This document shows, piece after piece, positions 35,709 to 43,113 of a stretch of 64,000 nt of DNA. The stretch comes from Minisyncoccota bacterium (lineage in GTDB: Bacteria; Patescibacteriota; Minisyncoccia; Phycocordibacterales; JAQTLZ01), in the NCBI GenBank assembly GCA_028711065.1, contig JAQTSY010000002.1:73779-137778 (forward strand), in the 5' to 3' direction. The first letter of the stretch is position 1. Each line of letters opens with the position of its first letter. Both the position numbers and the translations under genes were made by a program. The notes beneath the pieces were generated by a model that worked only from the letters and a program-made list of their open reading frames with translations, did not search any database and was not told where the DNA came from.

Positions 35709-36671
35709 TTAGTCAAAGAGATATTCTTTTCTTGCAGGAGCAATCAAGTACGTTTCTATTTCTTCAGGGGTCATAGATACCTTTAGTTTTTGAGACATGT
35801 CGCAGAACTTTCTTTTAAAGTCTTCTAACTTTTGACTTCTCTCCTCTTTGGACAACTTACTTGATACATCCCCCTCCCAAAAGAAAGTTGTTACTTCTCC
35901 TTGGCAGTATTTAAAAAACATAGTATTTAATCTACCTTGGTAATCTGCAGGGAAGAGTTCTGTACTTTCTGGATTCTGTAATAAAAATATAATAAGACTG
36001 TCGCGAGTTTTCGAATGTCCGCTTCCTCCCCGCGAAAAACATTCTCTAATGGCATGCAGAAAAAGTTCTCTCGCCAGATCCGGTCTTTCTATGAGAAGTT
36101 CCTTTGCTTTCTTGCGATCCCAAAGTGCGTGTTGTACGACAAAGACCTTATCTCGTAACTCTTTATTAGATTCGGGCACAGAATTCAGAGCATCTTCAGA
36201 AAAGCTTACTCTTGTTGAGTAAAGGGCCACATTTATTGCGTCTTCCAATGATTTCCCTGTATACCCGTGCAATGAACGATCCATCATTGGAAATCTAAGT
36301 CGAGAAAAGTGTTTAGATTTTTCATCTTCCTTTTTCCGCTCTATTCTTCCAGTAACATAATGGTTCGAAGTTTCTTGGGGAGAACCAATTTCGATAGAAG
36401 ACTCAAGGCCAAATCCACTATATCGCGTAGTTCCATCATCTAAAATTTCTACCGTACCTCCTTGATAAGGGATTGCTTCACCATCTGGTCTATCTGGTAA
36501 CGCTCCACCAATGATTGTTATTTGATTTGGGAATCGAACTTGCTCAATAGTTTCTTTTTTTAGTATTTGTTCTGCCTCTATATAATTTAAAGCCAGACCA
36601 GACTCCATTTTTTGCTGTAGCTTTTCCGCTTCTTCTCGAGCTTTTTCTTCAGTATATTTTTCCATAGTCAT
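35709..36671 (-). CDS. hypothetical 320-aa protein, possibly a HEPN-like partner of the adjacent NTase
   Basis: No recognisable family. It contains an R-x4-H (RELFLH) candidate HEPN motif. It is adjacent and co-directional with the MNT-like gene. Confidence 0.4.
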   Translation of the reverse strand: MTMEKYTEEKAREEAEKLQQKMESGLALNYIEAEQILKKETIEQVRFPNQITIIGGALPDRPDGEAIPYQGGTVEILDDGTTRYSGFGLESSIEIGSPQETSNHYVTGRIERKKEDEKSKHFSRLRFPMMDRSLHGYTGKSLEDAINVALYSTRVSFSEDALNSVPESNKELRDKVFVVQHALWDRKKAKELLIERPDLARELFLHAIRECFSRGGSGHSKTRDSLIIFLLQNPESTELFPADYQGRLNTMFFKYCQGEVTTFFWEGDVSSKLSKEERSQKLEDFKRKFCDMSQKLKVSMTPEEIETYLIAPARKEYLFD

Positions 36672-36677
36672 TTAATT

Positions 36678-36884
36678 TTATCTCACCAACCTGCTTTTGG
36701 AAACCCCGAGCGCATCTGCCAACTTCACAATCGTAGAAAGTGTCGTGTTAATCTTTCCATGCTCAATATTGCTTATATACCCTCGGCTCACGCCGATAAG
36801 CTCCCCAAGCTTTGCTTGGGGCATTTTCTTGGACATTCTTAGCTTTTTTAGGTTTTTGCCAAACTCCAACGCTTCCTTTTTCAT
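36678..36884 (-). CDS. XRE-family helix-turn-helix transcriptional regulator (68 aa)
   Basis: HTH_3 pattern (KLGELIGVSRGYISNIEHG). The listed ORF 36678..37010 extends artifactually into IR-A. The start was reassigned to the internal ATG. Confidence 0.75.
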   Translation of the reverse strand: MKKEALEFGKNLKKLRMSKKMPQAKLGELIGVSRGYISNIEHGKINTTLSTIVKLADALGVSKSRLVR

Positions 36885-36957
36885 TATCAACAGTATAGCA
36901 ATTGTTCTGTTTTGCAAGAATGTTATGATATATAGTAACATTCTATATCGAGCCCTC

Positions 36958-37122
36958 GACCCCGCCCACCCATTCCGAAAAAAGAAACCCGCGCGAAACA
37001 AAACCTGCATGGAGAGTGGGCGGGGTCGAGGGCGGACGCGCGTACTCGCGCGTGGCGGAATTCGTTAGGAATGTTGTTCAAAAAAAGTTCGCGCAAAGGT
37101 TAGGATGTCACCACATATTAAG
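36958..37122. repeat. IR-A right copy (inverted partner of 34381-34533)
   Basis: See IR-A left. Its terminal 12 nt CCACATATTAAG overlap the start of IR-B. Confidence 0.85.
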
Positions 37123-37225
37123 ACTTCCGATTCAGGGAGCAAAAAATTTGAGCGCGCCGAAGGCGCGCGATCTCCGGTGAACCCGCATTCCGCCCTGCGC
37201 CCGCAAGCGAATTCGGAGGGTGGGC
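37111..37225. repeat. IR-B left copy (115 bp, 100% identical to the reverse complement of 38691-38805), immediately upstream of the recombinase start
   Basis: Direct comparison. It contains the GC hairpin GAGCGCGCCGAAGGCGCGCGATC and a GAATTCGG motif. Confidence 0.9.
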
Positions 37226-37276
37226 ATGGGTGCAGAAATGAGACACATACGGATTCTCCTTTTTTCGTAATCTAAA

Positions 37277-38908
37277 ATGAACAAACCAAAATTTTTCTTA
37301 TACGCGCGAAAATCAACGGAGGACGACGATCATCAGATCATGAGTATTGAAGCGCAACTTTTTGAGCTTCGAGAATTCGCGCGTAAAGAAAATCTTGAAA
37401 TTCTGGCTGAATTTCAAGAGTCGAAAAGCGCAAAGAAACCGGGTCGTGAACTTTTTAACGAAATGATGGCCCGCATTGAAACTATGGATGGTGTCGGTAT
37501 TCTCGCATGGCATCCTGACCGACTTGCTCGCAATAGTGTGGACGGCGGACGCATCATTTACGCTGTAGACACGACCAGAATCGTTTCTTTGCGATTTCCG
37601 ACATTTTGGTTTGAACCCACTCCGCAAGGGAAATTTATGTTGCAAGTGGCGTTCGGCCAGTCCAAATATTATTCAGACAATCTCGTTGAGAATATTAACC
37701 GAGGTATCCGCCAAAAAGTGAGAAGAGGCGAATGGCTGGTGAAAGCTCCGTTTGGCTATGTGAATAATCCGAGAACGAGGAATATCGAACCTGACGCGGT
37801 GAAATCACGCATTGTGGTCGGAGCTTTCAAAGAGTACGCCACTGGCAAGCATTGTTTCGGATCACTTTCGGCATTTTTGGCGGATAGAGGTGCTGTGACG
37901 AGATACGGAACGCCACTTGCCAAAGCTTCCGTCTCGATTATGTTGTCGAACAAAGCATATCTCGGTCTGGTCAAACATCGCGGTGAATTTTTCGCCGGAA
38001 GCTTTGCGCCAATTCTTTCTCTCGACTTGTTTGAAGCCGTACAGAAGATTTTGCGAGAACGAGCAAAGCCCCGCAAAACAAAAACCGGTCACAATTTTCC
38101 TTTCACCGGACTTTTTCGTTGCGGAGAATGTGGAAGCATGATTACCGCTCAATGGTGCACCGGAGAACATGGCGGACGCTATCGCTACTATCGCTGTACG
38201 AAAAAGAAAGGAAAATGTGAACAGAAGTATTTGCGGGAGGATGCGCTCGCCTCGCAGGTGAAAGCACGGCTCAAACAAGTCGGACTTCCCGACGACTGGA
38301 CCGACTTTATGCTAAACAAAGTGCAAGATTGGGAGAAAGTGGAAAAAGTGTCGTCGGGAAGCCTTGTCGAGCGGATTAAGGAGAATGAGCGAGAGACGGA
38401 ACAAAAGCTCGGGAAGCTCGTCACTTTGTTTCTGGACGGCGATATTCCCAAAGAAAATTATCTCGCCAAGAAAAACGAGCTTTTGAAAGAAAAGGTGTCT
38501 CTCGCTCAAAAAATGGATTCCGCCCGACAAGAGAGAAAGAATTGGGTCGAACCCTTGCGAGAGTGGATTTTAGATACGAAAAAAGCCACGCAATTGGCTT
38601 CGTCCGATAATTTTGAAGAAATGCGGACATTTCTTCGCCGAGTCGGAACGAACCCAAAATTGCGGGACAAATCCGTCTCTGTCTCATTTTGCCCACCCTC
38701 CGAATTCGCTTGCGGGCGCAGGGCGGAATGCGGGTTCACCGGAGATCGCGCGCCTTCGGCGCGCTCAAATTTTTTGCTCCCTGAATCGGAAGTCTTAATA
38801 TGTGGAGACGGCGGGAATCGAACCCGCGTGCAAGAGGTTTCCTTGAATGGTTCTACAAAGGGTAGTTTATTTTTTCCGCTTTCGCGGATTTCGAACTCGT
38901 CCGTCTAG
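37277..38908 (+). CDS. large serine recombinase (resolvase/invertase catalytic domain + recombinase domain + Zn-ribbon + coiled coil). The ORF has no stop before IR-B and reads through it into the tmRNA gene; the functional C-terminus is probably near 38690
   Basis: N-terminal YARKSTEDDDHQIMSIEAQ (catalytic Ser) and C-terminal CGECG...C zinc ribbon. ~50% identity to the second recombinase at 46645-48201. Confidence 0.85.
   Translation: MNKPKFFLYARKSTEDDDHQIMSIEAQLFELREFARKENLEILAEFQESKSAKKPGRELFNEMMARIETMDGVGILAWHPDRLARNSVDGGRIIYAVDTTRIVSLRFPTFWFEPTPQGKFMLQVAFGQSKYYSDNLVENINRGIRQKVRRGEWLVKAPFGYVNNPRTRNIEPDAVKSRIVVGAFKEYATGKHCFGSLSAFLADRGAVTRYGTPLAKASVSIMLSNKAYLGLVKHRGEFFAGSFAPILSLDLFEAVQKILRERAKPRKTKTGHNFPFTGLFRCGECGSMITAQWCTGEHGGRYRYYRCTKKKGKCEQKYLREDALASQVKARLKQVGLPDDWTDFMLNKVQDWEKVEKVSSGSLVERIKENERETEQKLGKLVTLFLDGDIPKENYLAKKNELLKEKVSLAQKMDSARQERKNWVEPLREWILDTKKATQLASSDNFEEMRTFLRRVGTNPKLRDKSVSVSFCPPSEFACGRRAECGFTGDRAPSARSNFLLPESEVLICGDGGNRTRVQEVSLNGSTKGSLFFPLSRISNSSV
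38691..38805. repeat. IR-B right copy, abutting and overlapping by 5 nt the 3' end of the tmRNA gene
   Basis: See IR-B left. The terminal core CTTAATATGTGG includes tmRNA 3'-terminal nucleotides. Confidence 0.9.
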
Positions 38909-39197
38909 AATAAACAAAACCGAACGTGTTCTAGTCTCATTGGCTTTTGGCCTTCAAGTACGGCTCGAGACTGTCCATACTTTATCCCGAAAAATGACAC
39001 TTCACATTCCTCTATCGGGAAGTCGAAGAGGGAAGCGTCGCTTAGGCTATCGCGTAAGCGAAATCGTTTGCTCCAAAATATGGAGAAGCGATCTTTTGTG
39101 CAACTTTTGCAGTTGACTTTTGAAGCGGATTTAAGAGTCACTTCAGCTCTCCTTTGCACATACGAAGGGGAATCTCCTGTCTATGCCGATCATCCCC
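38803..39197 (-). ncRNA. ssrA: tmRNA (ssrA), predicted tag peptide ANDFAYAIA
   Basis: 5' end GGGGAUGAUCGGCAUAGACAGG resembles the tmRNA 5' consensus. The tRNA-like 3' end is GGUUCGAUUCCCGCCGUCUCCACA. The 5' GGGGAUG pairs with 3' CGUCUCC (two G-U pairs). The internal ORF GCA AAC GAT TTC GCT TAC GCG ATA GCC TAA begins with the characteristic AND. smpB lies immediately upstream on the same strand. Confidence 0.75.
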
Positions 39198-39295
39198 GTT
39201 TTTTTTGCACATGGATTCTGCAAAAAAAACGAGGCCGAATTTTGCCACACAAAATTCGTGCCGGAAACTTCCCGTTAGGGAATTTCCGGCCAATT

Positions 39296-39778
39296 TTATT
39301 CTCCTTTCAAAGTTCTCTGCACCTCGCGATCGGTATCGCGCTTTTTGATAGACTCTCGTTTATCAAATTTCTTTTTTCCTCTTACAACGGCGATTTCTAC
39401 CTTTATTGTACGCCTTTTATTATACATCGAAAGTGGCACTATTGTCAACCCTTTTTGTTCGGCTGTTTTAGTGAGTTCCAAAATCTCCTTCTTTGTCAGG
39501 AGTAATCGGCGGTTTCTTCGCTCTTCGTATTCAGCAGGAGTGTTTTTCGGCTGTAACGGCGTCACTCCTGCTCCTATAAGAAACGCTTCACCTCCACGGA
39601 GCGTTACATGCGAGCCATCAAGCGTTGCTCGTCCAGCACGGATGGATTTCACCTCAAAACCCAAAAGCTCAATCCCTGCTTCGAATCGCTCGAGGATCTC
39701 ATAGTTGAAATGGGCTTTTTTGTTTGTGACGAATGTGGGCATACGCTCAATAGTAGCAATCGAGAAGTGTTTTGACAA
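39296..39778 (-). CDS. smpB: SsrA-binding protein SmpB
   Basis: 160 aa with KKAHFNYEILERFEAGIELLGFEVKSIR. Confidence 0.92.
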   Translation of the reverse strand: MSKHFSIATIERMPTFVTNKKAHFNYEILERFEAGIELLGFEVKSIRAGRATLDGSHVTLRGGEAFLIGAGVTPLQPKNTPAEYEERRNRRLLLTKKEILELTKTAEQKGLTIVPLSMYNKRRTIKVEIAVVRGKKKFDKRESIKKRDTDREVQRTLKGE

Positions 39779-39831
39779 AATATATTTGGAGGCATACTCT
39801 AGGGTCTGGTTAGTCTTTTTGGGAGGTTCAC

Positions 39832-40200
39832 ATGTTCGAAAAATGCGGTTTTTGGTTCATCATGGCCAGTACATACTTTTTTCTTGCCCTCGTAATCTGT
39901 TTCTTTTTCGTCTGGCCATCGGAGAAAAAAAAGAAGAAACAGAAGCGAGAGGATGCAAGGAAAAGGGAAAATGCTCGCCGGCGTCTCCGGGAATATCGCA
40001 TGTCTTGCGATCAGTGCCCGGACTGCGGAGGGGGAACGGTTTTGCTTGAGTACGATGGAGGAGCGTACTGTCGTTCCTTGGAAGACGAGATGTTTCATCT
40101 TGGATGCAAGAAATGCGAGAAAGATTTTCTCCTCATCGTCATAAGGACTTCTTCCGTCTCGATTGATGCTTCCGAAGAGGGAGATATATTCGCAGCGTAA
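39832..40200 (+). CDS. hypothetical protein with an N-terminal TM, a poly-K/R stretch and a C-x2-C...C-x2-C zinc-ribbon-like region
   Basis: ORF only. Confidence is low. Confidence 0.3.
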   Translation: MFEKCGFWFIMASTYFFLALVICFFFVWPSEKKKKKQKREDARKRENARRRLREYRMSCDQCPDCGGGTVLLEYDGGAYCRSLEDEMFHLGCKKCEKDFLLIVIRTSSVSIDASEEGDIFAA

Positions 40201-40268
40201 GCTTTTCGTTGGTACGAAAAGCTTATTTTTTTTGAATTAATCTCCAAAATAGATTATACTGGGCTTTC

Positions 40269-42209
40269 ATGGATCCATACGATAAAAAGCCTAATAATAA
40301 GGGAAATCGAAAGAATTCGAGACGCGCTCCCGAGGGTGGGAAGTTTTGGCGTAATATCATTACAGTGCTATTGGTGTTTCTTCTTCTCGCTAGTCTTTAT
40401 TCTGTAATCGTTGAAAATCAGAGCACTACTCCGACGATCGCTATTTCGGAGCTTGTGCAGGATATCAACGCCGGCAAAGTGTCTTCAGTCACGGTGGAAG
40501 GCGATACTTTAAATATAGAATATAAAAAAGTTGGAGATGCCGCACCGGAAACGAAAACTGCGCAGAAAGAAAATGGCACAGCTCTGACCGACACCCTCGC
40601 TCATTACGGAGTTGATCTCAATAAAGCGAAAGATGTGAAGATTGAGGTGAAAGATGCGGGCGGATTTCTTGTGTGGGTCGGCATACTTTTGCCGTTTTTC
40701 GGCCCGATCATTCTTATCGTAGTATTTTTGTGGTTTATGACTCGGCAAGTGAAAGGTTCTGGCATGCAGGCGTTTACTTTTGGACAGTCGAAAGCTCGGC
40801 TCATTTCTCCACACGATAAAAAACAGCGAGTTACTTTTAAAGATGTTGCGGGAAATAAAGAAGCGAAACAGGAACTTTTTGAAATCGTGGATTTTCTGAA
40901 ATATCCAAAGAAATTTCTTGATATCGGCGCGAGAATTCCGAAAGGAATTTTGCTTATGGGTGCTCCGGGAACGGGAAAAACTTTGCTTGCGCGTGCGGTT
41001 GCAGGAGAAGCTGGTGTTTCTTTTTTCTCAATTTCTGGATCAGAATTTGTCGAAATGTTCGTAGGTGTCGGAGCATCGCGAGTACGAGACCTTTTCAAAA
41101 TGGCAAAGACCGCCGCTCCAGCAATTATTTTCATAGACGAGATTGATGCTGTTGGGCGTTCCCGAGGGGGCGGAGTCGGAGGAGGAAATGATGAGCGAGA
41201 ACAGACCTTGAACCAGATTCTCGTCGAGATGGATGGATTCGAACCGAATGAAAAGGTGATTGTAATGGCGGCAACAAACAGGCCGGATGTTTTGGATCCT
41301 GCGCTTTTGCGACCCGGACGATTTGATAGGCGAGTGGTCCTTGATCTGCCAGACCGCGCTGATCGAGAAGAAATTTTGCAAATACATTCAAAAGAAAAAC
41401 CTTTTGCGGAAGATGTTGATTTGAAAGTGATTGCGGAAAGAACCCCCGGATTTTCCGGTGCCGATCTTTATTCTCTTATGAACGAAGGAGCAATTCTTGC
41501 AGCTCGGGAAAATAGAACAAAAATTGCTCAATATGATCTCATTCGCTCGATTGAAAAAGTGATGCTTGGTCCCGAAAGAAAGAGCCACATTCTCTCTGCT
41601 CGAGAAAAAGAGATCACAGCGTATCACGAAGCAGGCCACGCAATTATTGCTTCAGTTCTCGAATACGCCGATCCGGTACACAAAGTTTCGATCATTTCAC
41701 GCGGACGTGCGGCTGGGTACACTCTGAAACTTCCAATTGAGGAGAGGAGACTTCAGTCGAAGAAAGAATTTTTGGATGATATTGCTGTGTCGCTTGGCGG
41801 ATATGTAGTAGAGAAAACTATTTTCGGCGATCTTACGACCGGTTCTTCAAATGATCTGCAAGTTTCTACTTCGCTTGCTCGAGACATGATCACGAAATAT
41901 GGAATGTCTGAAGTGATTGGTCCTGTTGCTCTTGAATCAACTCCAGGACTTTCTCCGACCGGCAAGATCTCTGTTGAGCGCGACTATTCTGAAAAGACAG
42001 GAAGCGAAATTGATAAAGAAGTGCTTGAACTTATGAACCGAGAATACGTTCGGGCCCTTGATGTTATTACCAAATACCGTACAGCACTCAATGCAATCGC
42101 AAAAGAACTTATCGTTGTTGAGACTATCGAGCGAGCAGAATTCGAGAAAATTCTCATCGCAAACGGCATTATGCCGAAGAAGAAAAAGATTCTTGAACCG
42201 GAGGTATAA
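40269..42209 (+). CDS. ftsH: ATP-dependent zinc metalloprotease FtsH
   Basis: AAA Walker [12 protein letters not shown], and HEAGH zinc motif. 646 aa. The terminator at 42213-42241 follows. Confidence 0.96.
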   Translation: MDPYDKKPNNKGNRKNSRRAPEGGKFWRNIITVLLVFLLLASLYSVIVENQSTTPTIAISELVQDINAGKVSSVTVEGDTLNIEYKKVGDAAPETKTAQKENGTALTDTLAHYGVDLNKAKDVKIEVKDAGGFLVWVGILLPFFGPIILIVVFLWFMTRQVKGSGMQAFTFGQSKARLISPHDKKQRVTFKDVAGNKEAKQELFEIVDFLKYPKKFLDIGARIPKGILLMGAPGTGKTLLARAVAGEAGVSFFSISGSEFVEMFVGVGASRVRDLFKMAKTAAPAIIFIDEIDAVGRSRGGGVGGGNDEREQTLNQILVEMDGFEPNEKVIVMAATNRPDVLDPALLRPGRFDRRVVLDLPDRADREEILQIHSKEKPFAEDVDLKVIAERTPGFSGADLYSLMNEGAILAARENRTKIAQYDLIRSIEKVMLGPERKSHILSAREKEITAYHEAGHAIIASVLEYADPVHKVSIISRGRAAGYTLKLPIEERRLQSKKEFLDDIAVSLGGYVVEKTIFGDLTTGSSNDLQVSTSLARDMITKYGMSEVIGPVALESTPGLSPTGKISVERDYSEKTGSEIDKEVLELMNREYVRALDVITKYRTALNAIAKELIVVETIERAEFEKILIANGIMPKKKKILEPEV

Positions 42210-42376
42210 ACAAAAAGCACCGCTTACGCGGTGCTTTTTTAGTCACGTCATCACAAATAATTTCTCGCCGTCGCTCGAAATTTTCGCGATCCCGACTCGT
42301 GGTTTTGCTTGGTAGCAAAACATCACTCCGTCTTGGACCACTAGCAAAAAACTCCCGCAGGGGAGTTTTTTGCTAG

Positions 42377-42453
42377 TGGTCCACCCTCCACGATTCGAAC
42401 GTGGGACCCCCGAGGTATAAGCTCGGTGCTCTAACCAGCTGAGCTAAGGGTGG
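42377..42453 (-). tRNA. tRNA-Ile with anticodon UAU (encoded CCA; discriminator A)
   Basis: Manual cloverleaf fold: acceptor CCACCCU/AGGGUGG, anticodon stem CCGAG/CUCGG with loop CUUAUAC, T-loop UUCGAAU. Confidence 0.7.
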
Positions 42454-42572
42454 ATGATTGCTATGGTATAGAAAAAAGGACGCTTTCGCAATCACTTCCA
42501 TCATTGACTCTCTTTTCTTTTTGAGTACTCTTACTCTAGGAACTCGCTCTCGAAGAGCAGAAAGGAGGTATC

Positions 42573-43073
42573 GTGCTCGTCGTAATCCATTGTCCGGATG
42601 TAAAGCAAAGTGCTACTGCCGCGCGGGGCATCGAAGAAGCCATGATCCTCTCTCTTCAGCTCGAAAGAGCTTTCTCTTCCAGGGGGTACTACGAGACTCT
42701 CCGCTTGAAGAGGAAGGGGAGGAAGCATTTATTGCGCGGGTGTCTGCTCTTTCCCTGGAATCTTGGGGTTGGAGTAAGGACTTTAGGCATGTTTCTGGCA
42801 CAGAGCATAAAGATAAAGTATCTTCCCTTTATGCTCCCTCCGACTTCTTTGTGTGAAATTGGGGGTGAACGGGTGCTTCGGCGCATTGCCGCAATGCCTT
42901 TTGACCGGTATGACCCGCTTGTCCTTATTGTAGATAAAGAATACGCAAATTCTTTTCCTTCCGATCTCATTGCTTCCCACGGCATGCCAGTGCCAACAAG
43001 GAAATTAATGTCAGGAGAAGGAATTATTATCAATACAGATCTCTGGGACTGGGAACCTCTTGGTCCATACTAA
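42573..43073 (+). CDS. hypothetical protein (GTG start preceded by AAAGGAGG); coding status uncertain
   Basis: Strong SD-GTG arrangement. The region is compositionally GC-richer than its surroundings and has competing ORFs on both strands. Confidence 0.3.
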   Translation: MLVVIHCPDVKQSATAARGIEEAMILSLQLERAFSSRGYYETLRLKRKGRKHLLRGCLLFPWNLGVGVRTLGMFLAQSIKIKYLPFMLPPTSLCEIGGERVLRRIAAMPFDRYDPLVLIVDKEYANSFPSDLIASHGMPVPTRKLMSGEGIIINTDLWDWEPLGPY

Positions 43074-43113
43074 TCATGACAGCGCTTTCTTGCAGGCTGT
43101 TGTGATTTTTTTA

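Noticed and set aside
36678-37010. 110-aa ORF extending the XRE regulator N-terminally
   Set aside because: The first 42 codons run through inverted repeat IR-A. The internal ATG gives a standard 68-aa HTH_3 protein.
38808-38905. Possible minus-strand tRNA at the end of the recombinase 1 ORF
   Set aside because: The tRNA-like T-arm and acceptor 3' strand have no matching 5' acceptor nearby. The region is better explained as the tRNA-like 3' domain of a ~395-nt tmRNA whose 5' end (GGGGAUGAUCGG...) lies at 39197. The tag ORF and adjacent smpB support this.
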